Shown: one piece after another, positions 18,509 through 28,623 of the stretch | Position numbering within the stretch: position 1 is the stretch's first letter | Layout: each line of letters starts with the position of its first letter | Assembly: GCA_043810695.1 (NCBI GenBank) | Contig: JBDRNV010000009.1 | Coordinates: 3,675 to 67,674, forward strand | Direction of reading: 5' to 3' | Source of the DNA: Nanobdellota archaeon | GTDB taxonomy: Archaea > Nanobdellota > Nanobdellia > Pacearchaeales > GW2011-AR1 | Length of the DNA: 64,000 nt | Program-made: the position numbers and the translations under genes | The notes under the pieces: model-generated | Databases searched by the model: none | Seen by the model: the letters and a program-made list of their open reading frames with translations, nothing else | Told to the model about the DNA's origin: nothing

Positions 18509-19627
18509 CTATTTTAAGATATCTACTATTTTTTTGCTTAATCCAATTGAACCATAAGGATTTTCAAATTTCTGAATTTTGTAATTTTTATTTTCCAACT
18601 CTTCAATTATTTTTTTAGAATAATTGACATTTAATTTTGTTAGAAAGTTAATTCCTGTTTTCAATCCTTCCTGCCTCTCTGTTCTTTTTCTTAATATTAT
18701 ACATGGTTTCTTAAAAACAAGGCTTTCTTCTTGAATACTTCCCCCATCTGTAATTAAATATTTACAATTAGCCAATAAAAAGATAAAATTTTGATAATTT
18801 GTTAAAGGAGTTATTTTTATATTTTTTATTTCTCTAATTTCTTTAAATAAATTATATTTTTCAAGATAATAGGCTGTATTGTCATGAAGAGGCCATATTG
18901 CTTTTATTTTAATATTCTTCATAATATTAACAATATCTTTCATTCTTTTCTTATTTCTTAAATTTTCATGTCTATGAATATTAATCAAAGCATATCTTCC
19001 TTTATGTTTCTTTATTTTCATTTTTTTAGCCATATTATGCGAAATTATTGCAGAATCAACTATTGTATTACCAATTTTTATAATCTTTTTTTTGTTTTTA
19101 TATTTCTGAAGATTTTTTTCTGCTAAATCTGAAACAGCAAGGAGAATATCTGAAAAATAATCGCTTATCTTTCTTGAAATTTCTTCTGGAAAAGGTTCTA
19201 ATATTGAACCAGATCTTAATCCAGCTTCTAAATGAATATTTTTCCAATTTTTATTATTATTTAGCAATTTGCTTGAAGCAATTGCTGCTACTGCAGTACT
19301 CATTGTATCCCCATGATATATAATATACTCTGGGTTTAATCCCCTAATTTTTTTCTTAATTCTAAAAATCATAGAAAAAAACCAAAGTAATGACATTTTA
19401 TTCACCTTTGACCAGAATTTTGTGCTTATTTTTGGTTCCTTGCTTAAAATAAAATCTGGTTTTTTAATTGAGAATTCATTACAAATTTCACCTAATGGGT
19501 GTTGTCCTGTATGTATAAACCAATAATCCTTTTTTTGCCTCTGCATTTCAAGCATAAGAGGTATGCATTTTATCAACTCAGCCTTTGTTCCTATTATGAT
19601 TGCTATCTTAGATGGACGTTTAATCAT
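18509..19627 (-). CDS. wecB: UDP-N-acetylglucosamine 2-epimerase
   Basis: KIAIIIGTKAELIKCIPL, YHGDT and TDGGSIQEESLVFKKPCIILR. Confidence 0.8.
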   Translation of the reverse strand: MIKRPSKIAIIIGTKAELIKCIPLMLEMQRQKKDYWFIHTGQHPLGEICNEFSIKKPDFILSKEPKISTKFWSKVNKMSLLWFFSMIFRIKKKIRGLNPEYIIYHGDTMSTAVAAIASSKLLNNNKNWKNIHLEAGLRSGSILEPFPEEISRKISDYFSDILLAVSDLAEKNLQKYKNKKKIIKIGNTIVDSAIISHNMAKKMKIKKHKGRYALINIHRHENLRNKKRMKDIVNIMKNIKIKAIWPLHDNTAYYLEKYNLFKEIREIKNIKITPLTNYQNFIFLLANCKYLITDGGSIQEESLVFKKPCIILRKRTERQEGLKTGINFLTKLNVNYSKKIIEELENKNYKIQKFENPYGSIGLSKKIVDILK

Positions 19628-19668
19628 ATTAATTATTAAAAGAAATCTGTTTTAAAGATTGTGGTAGG

Positions 19669-22620
19669 TTATTTCACAAATTCCAGATTGTCCATAGTTG
19701 CCCATGGCCCATCTATAGTATTCCAACCAGCTGGTTTATATAAAAATTCATCTCTTGTAATTATATTTTCTGGATAATCAACCTGCCAGATTTTTATAGG
19801 CCCTCTAAATCCTTGGAAATAAATAATATTCCCAAAATCTAAACCCTGTGCCTTTAAACTTTTTACAACGAAATCATCTTCTGTATGCGCTAGTTTAATT
19901 GTTGGATATTTATTATTTGTATTATCTTTTAGATATAATTCTGCAAATAAGGTATCTTTTGTTTTTTCAGAAAGATACATTATCACTCCCAACTGATTTA
20001 TTTGTATTCCTTCTTGAGCTGATTGTGAAATAAGAGGAATAATCATTATTTCAGAATTTATTCCAGAACCAAAATCTAGAACTTCTTTATTATGATAGAC
20101 ATATCTTATTGGAAGATTGTATTGTTTGTTGTTATAAAAGAAGACTCCTGTTGGTTGAGAGAAGAAAGTTTCTCCATCCCTTGTAGAGTATTCTAATATA
20201 ACTCCCCCTAAACCAGCCTTTTGAGCAGGCAGAAATACTTGCTCTAAATTATCTTTAGCAGTGTAAATTATATCTTTATCAATAGCAGTACCTCCTTGAT
20301 AGACTATTGTTGTTTTGTTTGCTGTTTCCTTTGTTTGTGAAGAATCAGATATCATTGCAGGTATCCAGGATAATCTATCTTCTCCTGTTTCATCACTGCC
20401 AATACTTGAAAATGCAGAATATTTTCCAACATCTGTTGAATCAATTAATAAATAAGAAACATTATAGGTTTTCATAAGACTTAATGCTGTTTCTGGTTTT
20501 GGTGTTGTTAAAAGATATCTTGCAGTTGTATAATCCCACCAGTTAGTATAATGCCCTCCATCTGTTACAGTTGGTCTTTTACCAAGAGTTTGAACCCAAT
20601 AACCATAATCCCACCAATGGACAAAAATGCTTCCTTCAGGAGTATTTTCAGAAACCCAGTTCATAGCATAGTTCCATTGCTGATTATAAATATCAGGTAC
20701 AACCCCTTTTGCCCCTTGTATTGTTGAATTTGCGTAAGAAAATCCAGTATTGGCTGCTATTAAAATAGCAATTATCAAAACAATCCAGAAAATCATTTTG
20801 AGAACATCATCTTTAACTTTCCTATATTCAAATATTTTCATCAGAGAATAACTGGCAATAATTATAATTATGGGTGCAATTATAAAGAATAATCTAATAG
20901 CCCCCCTCATAGAAATAACAGCCCAAAAAGAAAAAGAAAGAAGAATTAACGAAGCAAAATTAATTTTTGAAAAATCATTCATTGTTTTTTCATCTTTTTC
21001 AGACCATGATTTGATATACATTATTAAAAAGACTAGTGCAAAAATTCCCAATCCTCCAAAATATAAAGTCTTGGAAATGAAGTTTTCTCCATTAAGTAGA
21101 CTAGTTGAAGAAATCCTGCTAAATATAAATGATAAAATAAATAATATAAAGAAAAAATTTAACCAAAACCTTTTTTTTGGATTGAAATGTTTAACAGCCT
21201 CGTAAAACATAATAATCAGCCCAACAAGGAATAACCATATAAGATTTCCAAATTCTGCCAAAACTTCTACAAAATAAGGGGCTCTATTTTCAGCAACTGT
21301 TAATCCAACTCTTCCTCTACCAAAAGGATATAATAATCCCTCAATAATTCTGGAAAACAGATTTGTAATAAAAGTTGGATTAAATAAAAACATAATTAAT
21401 ATGCCCAAAATCAAGAAAATTATTATGCTTAGAATATTATCAGGAATTTTTATTTTTTCAGTAATTTTTTCAGTGAAAATTTCTTTAATTTTTGTTTTAA
21501 AAAGAATAACATGAGTCAACATAATAAATAAAACACCAAGTGCTAATCCAGTATCACTAACATCTGTTATAATTGAAATTAAGTCTTTTGTTTTAAATAA
21601 TTCAATTAATATCCCAGAAAGTAAAAATGAACCAAATATTATCAAATTTTTTCGCTTTTCAATATTCAAAAAGAAACACAAAAAACTTACTAAAGCAAGA
21701 GTCATATAAATATACCTATATCCCCCCCATACCCATGACATTGCTCCTGTAAAAAGACCGGCAAGTAAACCATAAACAATCATACTTTTATTAGAACTTT
21801 TTTTCCAGGCAAGAGCAAAAAATAAAAATGCAAGCCAGAACCAGACCATTCCAAGACTTTCTAATTCAGGAATTCCAGCGATAGTTCTATGTAGCATTGA
21901 AGGAACAAAAGCATAAAAAAAGCTTGCAATAGTTGCAATTACTAAAGATTTTTCTTTAGAAAATTTAAAGGAAAACAACACATAAAGAAAAAAGAAAAAA
22001 CCAATAACAGAAGCAACAAAAAATATTACAGGGGCTATTATTGCAGAATATGTAAGAGAAATGTCGCTAGAAAACATAGATACAAACTTATAAATGTAAA
22101 CAATAACCCACGGCATCATGTTAGCATGAAGATAACTTGGAGCACCCAAAGGAGCATATCTCATCATATCAATTTTTCCAGTATTTGTTCCGCTTAAGAT
22201 TTCAAAAGCATTTCTTAAATATAAAAAAGGGTCAAGATCAGGCCCTAAAACCCAATCGCCAGTAGCCTCATTTTTTAGTCCATCAATATTTGAAGTTCTT
22301 ACTACCGCAGTTGTAATTAAAAGCCATATTATTATGGGAAGAAACATTAGTTTGTATTTCTCAAAATAAGCTAAAATTCCAGAGATTATAAGAGAAATTC
22401 CCAGTAAAATCCATAAAAAAGGTGTAAAAAGATTTGTAATCTGGACAAGTAGACTAATTTTTAATGAAATTCCAAAAAAACTCACAATTCCAAAAAATAA
22501 GGCAAGAAAAGCCATCAAATTAAATATAAAAACAAATTTATTCTTTAAAAAATATTTTTTAAGATAATTTCCTGCTTTCTCTATACTTTCTGTATTTATT
22601 TTTACTGCATCTTCTGTCAT
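19669..22620 (-). CDS. aglB: archaeal oligosaccharyltransferase AglB (STT3 family), 983 aa
   Basis: About 13 N-terminal TM segments and the catalytic WWDYGYW motif (FVHWWDYGYWVQT), followed by a large soluble C-terminal domain. Confidence 0.92.
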   Translation of the reverse strand: MTEDAVKINTESIEKAGNYLKKYFLKNKFVFIFNLMAFLALFFGIVSFFGISLKISLLVQITNLFTPFLWILLGISLIISGILAYFEKYKLMFLPIIIWLLITTAVVRTSNIDGLKNEATGDWVLGPDLDPFLYLRNAFEILSGTNTGKIDMMRYAPLGAPSYLHANMMPWVIVYIYKFVSMFSSDISLTYSAIIAPVIFFVASVIGFFFFLYVLFSFKFSKEKSLVIATIASFFYAFVPSMLHRTIAGIPELESLGMVWFWLAFLFFALAWKKSSNKSMIVYGLLAGLFTGAMSWVWGGYRYIYMTLALVSFLCFFLNIEKRKNLIIFGSFLLSGILIELFKTKDLISIITDVSDTGLALGVLFIMLTHVILFKTKIKEIFTEKITEKIKIPDNILSIIIFLILGILIMFLFNPTFITNLFSRIIEGLLYPFGRGRVGLTVAENRAPYFVEVLAEFGNLIWLFLVGLIIMFYEAVKHFNPKKRFWLNFFFILFILSFIFSRISSTSLLNGENFISKTLYFGGLGIFALVFLIMYIKSWSEKDEKTMNDFSKINFASLILLSFSFWAVISMRGAIRLFFIIAPIIIIIASYSLMKIFEYRKVKDDVLKMIFWIVLIIAILIAANTGFSYANSTIQGAKGVVPDIYNQQWNYAMNWVSENTPEGSIFVHWWDYGYWVQTLGKRPTVTDGGHYTNWWDYTTARYLLTTPKPETALSLMKTYNVSYLLIDSTDVGKYSAFSSIGSDETGEDRLSWIPAMISDSSQTKETANKTTIVYQGGTAIDKDIIYTAKDNLEQVFLPAQKAGLGGVILEYSTRDGETFFSQPTGVFFYNNKQYNLPIRYVYHNKEVLDFGSGINSEIMIIPLISQSAQEGIQINQLGVIMYLSEKTKDTLFAELYLKDNTNNKYPTIKLAHTEDDFVVKSLKAQGLDFGNIIYFQGFRGPIKIWQVDYPENIITRDEFLYKPAGWNTIDGPWATMDNLEFVK

Positions 22621-22706
22621 ATCTTAATTTCAAAGAAAAAACACTTTAAAATCTTTGTTAATTGAAGATTTTACATTTTTTTATTATAAATTTTAATTAA
22701 TTGTTA

Positions 22707-23717
22707 TTAATATAAAAAGATAAAATAAGCAAGAATTATTATTACTATCTGAAATCCGTGAATAAAATAAACAATATCTTTTTCATAAACTTTTTTGCTG
22801 GGCTTTATTTTTTTAAGAATATACAATGCAAGATGCTCTAATCCATAGATTTTATTATAAGCTAGTTCCAGACTTCCGTCTTTATTTGGTTTAGCAAACG
22901 AATGTTTTTTTAACTTTCCTCTTAGTTTTAAGCCAGTTTCAATAATATAAGGAATAAATACAAATGCTGCTATTTTCTCAAAATTTCCCAGTATAGCCAT
23001 ACCAGCAATAAGAGAACCTATTGTCCATGTTAGAGAATCACCGGGAAAAACTTTTGCAGGATATTTATTGTAAAACCAAAAACCAATTAATGCAAAAACC
23101 ATTATTAATCCTACAACAGTTAGCCACGAATTCCCTGTAATATATGCTACAAGAGATAAAAATCCAAGTATTAAAATTCCTTGCCCTGCTTCTAATCCAT
23201 TATAACCAGCTAAAAAATTATATGTTGTTGTTGCACCTACAATTCCTATTGGAATAAAGATTAAAGGATATAAAATTCCAAAATTTATATTTCCTAAAAA
23301 AGGAAAATTCATAATAGAACTTCCCGCATTAATAACCACCAGAGGAATTGCTGCTATAAATGCAAGCAGAATTCTTGTTCTTTTTGATAGTCCTTTATTT
23401 TTCCATCCAAACAAATCATCAATAATTCCCACCATAGACAGAATTAAAACAACACTAAGCAAAGAGAAAATTTCAAGGCTTGTTCCATTTGTTTCTTGTA
23501 TAAAAAAAGTTCTTATTGCAACATAATATAAAACCCCAATAATAAAAGACATTGCAACAACCACTCCTCCAGAGCCAGCAACCTTTTTAGGAAATCCTGG
23601 CTTGTTCATATCTTCCCATATTAGTCCTACTTTTTTCGCTTTTCTTATCCAAAAAGGCATTGTAATAAATGTAAGAACAAAACTAATAATAAAAGAAAAA
23701 AGTAAAAGGATATTCAT
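22707..23717 (-). CDS. UDP-GlcNAc:dolichyl-phosphate GlcNAc-1-phosphate transferase family (MraY/WecA/AglH)
   Basis: Polytopic membrane protein with IIDDLFG and NFLAGYNGLEAGQG motifs. Confidence 0.8.
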   Translation of the reverse strand: MNILLLFSFIISFVLTFITMPFWIRKAKKVGLIWEDMNKPGFPKKVAGSGGVVVAMSFIIGVLYYVAIRTFFIQETNGTSLEIFSLLSVVLILSMVGIIDDLFGWKNKGLSKRTRILLAFIAAIPLVVINAGSSIMNFPFLGNINFGILYPLIFIPIGIVGATTTYNFLAGYNGLEAGQGILILGFLSLVAYITGNSWLTVVGLIMVFALIGFWFYNKYPAKVFPGDSLTWTIGSLIAGMAILGNFEKIAAFVFIPYIIETGLKLRGKLKKHSFAKPNKDGSLELAYNKIYGLEHLALYILKKIKPSKKVYEKDIVYFIHGFQIVIIILAYFIFLY

Positions 23718-23766
23718 TATTATAAAATGGTTTTTTCATTTTTAAATCTTATAGAATTGGTTTCTA

Positions 23767-24627
23767 TTAAAAAAGTAGAGGAGTAAAATAGACTTCTATT
23801 ACAGCTGCAACTAAAAGCATTAAAAGAGCTATAAAAAGCAGAATAACCACATTTTCAAGCACATGCAAGAATTTTTTGTCAGCTACTCCGTTTCTTAAAA
23901 CTCCCACTCCAAAAATTCCACCAGCAAGGGCTGTTATAAAGTAAGCTGTAATTTCGGGGAAACCATGAATCATATATCTTAAAATTCCTAATGGTATATC
24001 TTTCAGTGAATACTGTGTGAAAATAGCTATTGCAGCAGATATAACACTCGCATTCCACGCAAGGATAAAGATGGCTCCCGCACCAAAAATCAGAGATAAA
24101 AGAAGAGTAAATATCATGACATAAACATTATTTTCAACTATTGAAAGAAGTCTTATCTCTTTTGTTACAGCTCCTGTTGCTGTTCCCCTTATATTTGCAA
24201 AATCATATTTTTCAACACAACTTGTAATATCTCCCGCAGTATTTATTCTGCAATAGGTTTCTATTTGTGCATTGAAGAGTGTTGAATCCTGTAAAATAAT
24301 ATACCAAAATGAAAAAGCAAGGATAAAACCCAAAAAAAGCCACATAAAAGAATAGATTGCATCCTTATGGATTTTCCATACGCTAAAAACACCTAATACT
24401 CCTTCATCTTCTTGCTCCTCTTGTTTTATTTCATAAAATATGAAAGGCAGAGAAAACATAACACAGAAAAGAACAACAATCATTCCAGAGTACTGAGATA
24501 GAACTACATCTGTTGAAAAAAACCATTTTACAAGTAAAAGAGAAAGGGAAGCATAAATAAATCCTACAAAAAACATTTTCCACGGTCCTTTCTCAACTCT
24601 TTTTGGATTAATTATACTCTCAAGCAT
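23767..24627 (-). CDS. SpoIIM-like (DUF95) membrane protein
   Basis: Multi-TM protein with MIHGFPEITAYFITALAGG, the HG.PE motif of the family. Confidence 0.55.
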   Translation of the reverse strand: MLESIINPKRVEKGPWKMFFVGFIYASLSLLLVKWFFSTDVVLSQYSGMIVVLFCVMFSLPFIFYEIKQEEQEDEGVLGVFSVWKIHKDAIYSFMWLFLGFILAFSFWYIILQDSTLFNAQIETYCRINTAGDITSCVEKYDFANIRGTATGAVTKEIRLLSIVENNVYVMIFTLLLSLIFGAGAIFILAWNASVISAAIAIFTQYSLKDIPLGILRYMIHGFPEITAYFITALAGGIFGVGVLRNGVADKKFLHVLENVVILLFIALLMLLVAAVIEVYFTPLLF

Positions 24628-24685
24628 ATTGAAACTAAAAAAAGAGAATTTTTAAATGTTAGCAGAAGAAATTCTCAACTAATAA

Positions 24686-24693
24686 TTTAAATA
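24686..24693 (+). promoter_or_regulatory. TATA-like box (tttaaata) about 26 nt upstream of the 24715 ATG
   Basis: Spacing is consistent with a leaderless transcript. Confidence 0.35.
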
Positions 24694-24714
24694 TTATAGA
24701 TTGCTATTAAAATT

Positions 24715-25533
24715 ATGAATTTAAAAGAAAGAAAAAAAAGATTTAATTCAGTAGCTTATGATATAAAAACAATAAAAATTCAGGGAGCAAGAAATATTGC
24801 AAAAGCAGCTCTGAAAGCGTATGTTCTTTTTTCAAATAAAAAATCCAAAAAAATTCTTCTTAATTCACGTCCAACAGAACCTATGATGTTTTATGTTCTG
24901 AATTTAGCAGAAAAAGGAATTCCTTATAATAAAATTCTTAAACATTTTGATGAAGCACAACAAAGCATTAACAATCAAGTTATAAAATTAATTAAAAATA
25001 GAAGCATTATTTTTACTCATTGCCATTCTACAAATATTGTTAACGCTTTAATTTATTCCCACAAAAAAGGAAAAAAATTTGAAATCTATAATACAGAAAC
25101 GCGTCCCCTTTTCCAAGGAAAAAAAACAGCGAAAGAACTTTCAAAAGCAAAAATAAAAACAACATTTTTTATTGATTCTGCTCTTGATGATGCCCTTTCA
25201 GGAAAGCAGGGATTAAAAAAACCAAATTTAATTTTTCTTGGAGCAGATGCTTTGCTAAAAAAAGGAGTTATTAACAAAATAGGAAGTGAATTAATTGCAA
25301 AAATAGCAAAATTGAATAAAATTCCTGTTTATATTATTGCGGATTCATGGAAATTTTCAAAAGATAAAATTCCACTTGAACAGAGAAATATAAATGAGGT
25401 TTGGGATAAAGCACCTAAAAATGTAAAGATAAAAAATCCTGCATTTGAATTCGTAGACAAAAAATACATTACAGAAATTGTAACAGAATTTGGTTTAATG
25501 AAATATGGCAAATTTGTGAAAAAGATGCGATAA
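24715..25533 (+). CDS. eIF-2B alpha/beta/delta family protein, likely ribose-1,5-bisphosphate isomerase (e2b2)
   Basis: IKIQGARNIAKAALKA, IFTHCHS, ETRPLFQGKKTAKEL and LGADALLKKGVINKIGS. Confidence 0.7.
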   Translation: MNLKERKKRFNSVAYDIKTIKIQGARNIAKAALKAYVLFSNKKSKKILLNSRPTEPMMFYVLNLAEKGIPYNKILKHFDEAQQSINNQVIKLIKNRSIIFTHCHSTNIVNALIYSHKKGKKFEIYNTETRPLFQGKKTAKELSKAKIKTTFFIDSALDDALSGKQGLKKPNLIFLGADALLKKGVINKIGSELIAKIAKLNKIPVYIIADSWKFSKDKIPLEQRNINEVWDKAPKNVKIKNPAFEFVDKKYITEIVTEFGLMKYGKFVKKMR

Positions 25534-25543
25534 AAACAGATAT

Positions 25544-25942
25544 TTAATTTCCCTCTTGACTTTGTGCTTCCATTATAATATTTGTTAATTCTATATTAAT
25601 CTCTTCAATTTTTTCTTCAAGTTCTTTTTTTACTTCATCAAGTTTTTCAGTCTGCTCTTTTATAATCTTCTGAGTTTCTGGAATACTCTTTTTTACAAGA
25701 TTTTTATTTCCTACATCAACTATTAATTCGTCTGAAAGAAGTTTTGCCTCAATAAAGATGCCTCTTCCCAAAGGAGCCCTAATCTCTTTTCCTGTTGAAC
25801 CTTTAATTTCATCAAGCCCAAAGTTTAGAGAGCTTAATTCAATTATGCTTTCTTCTACTGCCTGAAGCTGTTGCTGCAATTGTTGAATATGCTGCTCAGA
25901 CATACTTAATTTAAATAAAATTTCCTGTTGTTTTTCATCCAT
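25544..25942 (-). CDS. pfdA: prefoldin alpha subunit
   Basis: Coiled-coil ends flank the beta-hairpin core RAPLGRGIFIEAKL. I prefer the start MDEKQQ at 25942, which abuts the upstream stop. Confidence 0.75.
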   Translation of the reverse strand: MDEKQQEILFKLSMSEQHIQQLQQQLQAVEESIIELSSLNFGLDEIKGSTGKEIRAPLGRGIFIEAKLLSDELIVDVGNKNLVKKSIPETQKIIKEQTEKLDEVKKELEEKIEEINIELTNIIMEAQSQEGN

Positions 25943-25943
25943 T

Positions 25944-26480
25944 TTACACAACTTTCAACAATTTTCTTAAGATAGAACTAAAAATTAAAGAAAGTATAAG
26001 ATAAAACCAAAACCAGCTCAAAAAGCCAAAAAACTTAGGATCTCCAGCAGCTGTAAAAAAATCCATAAACCATCTAAAAAATAAAATTAATGGAATTGCA
26101 GTATAAATTACAGGCCTCATACTTATCTTCAGCATTTTAGGAATAAACTCCATCTGTTTTTTCTGTAGTTCCATCATTTTTTCAGGATGTTCCCGATATT
26201 TTTTCATTTCTTCCTGAAGAGATTTTTGTTCTTTCTTCATTTCTCTAAGAGTTTTCTGGTCTGTTGCATATTTTTGTATTAGAGTTGTAGCAACAGATAT
26301 AATCAAAACAATTATAGCCATTCCCCAAGTTATATTCCAGTTAAGAAGAAGACCAACACTAGGATCGAGAACTGAATGTGCTGTATTCTTTATAAAAGAA
26401 GAATTATTCCATAAGAAAGCAATTAGTAATGATATAATCATTACAATGAAGATTCCTTTAAAACTACCTTCTTTATTCAT
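25944..26480 (-). CDS. DUF106 (EMC3/TMCO1/YidC-like) membrane insertase
   Basis: TM-coiled coil-TM layout with KEQKSLQEEMKKYREHPEKMMELQKKQMEF. Sits in the conserved position downstream of secY. Confidence 0.7.
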   Translation of the reverse strand: MNKEGSFKGIFIVMIISLLIAFLWNNSSFIKNTAHSVLDPSVGLLLNWNITWGMAIIVLIISVATTLIQKYATDQKTLREMKKEQKSLQEEMKKYREHPEKMMELQKKQMEFIPKMLKISMRPVIYTAIPLILFFRWFMDFFTAAGDPKFFGFLSWFWFYLILSLIFSSILRKLLKVV

Positions 26481-26546
26481 CTTAATTTATTAAGTGAATT
26501 CTTTAGTTTATTCATCGTCAAAAAAAGAAACTTTAGTTTTTAAAGA

Positions 26547-27986
26547 TTAACCTTTAACAAATCTTCTCATTAACGGGTGCATATCCATTTGATGTTGCTG
26601 TGCAATATTTTGATAAAACTGGAACATAATCATGATTACAAGAAGAATAGCTGTTCCTGAAACAAGAGCGCCAAGAAGATTTGTTACCGAAGCAAGTAAA
26701 CCTATTGCAAGTCCACCCATAATTGTTAAAGGCATTATATATCGATTAAGTATACTTTCAAGTATTCTTTCATCCTGTCTAAAACCAGAAACCTGGAGCC
26801 CTGATGAAATAATTCTATGTGCTTGAGATTTCGCATCCATACCTGATGTTTTAACCCAGAAAACAGCAAAAAGAGTAGAGAAAAGCATGAAAAATAAAGT
26901 ATGGCTTATTCCCTGAATTATATATCTTAGTAAAAATCCCCCTCTTATGGTTAATTCTAAAAGATTAGTTGAGCCAACCCAGAATGCCAAGCCTGAAATA
27001 GGCTGTCCACCAACAAAAGTTCCTAAAAAAGTGAAGTAAGATGCGAACTTTGCTCTTCCAACACATTCTAATCCTTGAAGACATGGAGCAGCTGCATTAC
27101 TGATAATCCCTCCGAAAAGCTGAATATTTGCAACCAAAGCAGCAGTCAAAATAACAGGAATAACAGATGCATAAAAAAATGAAAGCGGCCATTTCACACC
27201 ATAACCACGAACTCTTCCGAAAGACAAAGGAATTTCAACCTTTAACGATTGTGCCCATACAATAACAAGGAAAATAATAACTGTTACAATAATTGCAGCA
27301 GCTGCTGACAAAAGTTCTGTTGGATATTGGTTTATTAAAGATTGTATAAGAACAAAAAACTTTCCAGCACACGGAGTTGTGCCAAAATCCAACAAACAAT
27401 TTCTTCCCTGTAAATCAATAAATTGGAAAGCACTTGTTATCAGCCTCCATGACACTCCTGCTGCTATGAATAGACTGACTCCAGAGCCAAAACCCCATTT
27501 TTGTGTGAGTTCATCCATATAAAAAATAACAATTCCTCCGATAATCAACTGAAATATAAGAAGCCACATAAAACCAGGAACAGCCTGAAGTCCTCCCATT
27601 AAGACATATACAAGTGCCTCAAAAATTATGAAAAAGAAAACAAGTAATTTTTGAATCCCCTGAAAAAATTTCTTCCCTTCGTCGGTTGTTGTATCTATGT
27701 TAAGTATTTTTGAACCTGTAAGTAGTTGAAGAATAATTGAAGCCATTACAATAGGTCCTATACCTAATGAAATAATACTCCCAAAATCAGTACCAAGTAT
27801 TATGGCTAGAAATTCAAATCTTGACAAAGCATTTTCAGAAAGTCCAAATAAGGGGATATTTGCAAGAACAAAAAAAGAGGCTAAAACTATTAATGTCCAT
27901 TTTGCTTTTTCATTAAAACTAAGTTTCTTTTCATCGGGTTTTTTTATTTCAGGAATAAAACTAAATATGCCTTTTAAGTCTGCCAT
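26547..27986 (-). CDS. secY: preprotein translocase subunit SecY
   Basis: 10-TM protein with FSFIPEIKKP at the N-terminus and GLGIGPIVMASIILQLL. Follows rpl15 as in archaeal operons. Confidence 0.95.
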   Translation of the reverse strand: MADLKGIFSFIPEIKKPDEKKLSFNEKAKWTLIVLASFFVLANIPLFGLSENALSRFEFLAIILGTDFGSIISLGIGPIVMASIILQLLTGSKILNIDTTTDEGKKFFQGIQKLLVFFFIIFEALVYVLMGGLQAVPGFMWLLIFQLIIGGIVIFYMDELTQKWGFGSGVSLFIAAGVSWRLITSAFQFIDLQGRNCLLDFGTTPCAGKFFVLIQSLINQYPTELLSAAAAIIVTVIIFLVIVWAQSLKVEIPLSFGRVRGYGVKWPLSFFYASVIPVILTAALVANIQLFGGIISNAAAPCLQGLECVGRAKFASYFTFLGTFVGGQPISGLAFWVGSTNLLELTIRGGFLLRYIIQGISHTLFFMLFSTLFAVFWVKTSGMDAKSQAHRIISSGLQVSGFRQDERILESILNRYIMPLTIMGGLAIGLLASVTNLLGALVSGTAILLVIMIMFQFYQNIAQQHQMDMHPLMRRFVKG

Positions 27987-28114
27987 TTTTTATTTATTAA
28001 ACTTCAATTCCCATCTCTGTTGAGATTATTAACTTTTTAATTATTTTATATATCATTAATTCTGTTTATTTAACATCTTTTATTTTATTATCTAATTATA
28101 ATCTCATTATATCA

Positions 28115-28621
28115 TCAATCTTTATTACTTATCCTTTTTTCAATTTCTTTAACACCCTTTTTTAAAAATGTAATCTCTCCTCCTGCTTTTTTTACTTTTT
28201 TAATTGCAGAATTTGATGCTTCCTTTGCCTTTATAAAAAATTTATTCTTTAACTTATAACCTTTAGAACCTCCAAGAATTTTATATTCCTTAAGATTTAA
28301 TTCAAACCCCTGAGGATTTTTCTTTGCAATTTTCTTTTTTATGTATCCTTCGATATTTAATTCAATATCATCAATATTTATTCTTTTTCTTTTATCCCTT
28401 TGTGTTTTTTTACTTGTTATTCCTTGTTTACCAAAATATTCATTACCATAAAGAGCTGTAATAAGTGTTTTTTTCTGGTCAGCCCTTTTTCCTGTTCCAG
28501 CCATTCCTTTTCCGCCCCTATGTCCTGATTTTTTTCTTTTTTTTCTTGCCCCTCCTCCATGAGTTCCTGTTCCCCGCATTCTGGACATCTTTCTTCTTTT
28601 TTTTGTTTTTCTTAACGACAT
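28115..28621 (-). CDS. rpl15: ribosomal protein uL15
   Basis: Basic Gly-rich N-terminus RGTGTHGGGARKKRKKSGHRGGKGMAGTGKR. Operon position fits. Confidence 0.9.
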   Translation of the reverse strand: MSLRKTKKRRKMSRMRGTGTHGGGARKKRKKSGHRGGKGMAGTGKRADQKKTLITALYGNEYFGKQGITSKKTQRDKRKRINIDDIELNIEGYIKKKIAKKNPQGFELNLKEYKILGGSKGYKLKNKFFIKAKEASNSAIKKVKKAGGEITFLKKGVKEIEKRISNKD

Positions 28622-28623
28622 TT

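Noticed and set aside
20870-21205. 111-aa plus-strand ORF
   Set aside because: Antisense to aglB.
26481-28114. Missing adk/cmk around secY as a notable deletion
   Set aside because: Many archaea have secY-adk-DUF106-cmk, whereas here secY is followed directly by DUF106 and pfdA. Gene-order variation at this point is common, and the kinases may be elsewhere in the genome.
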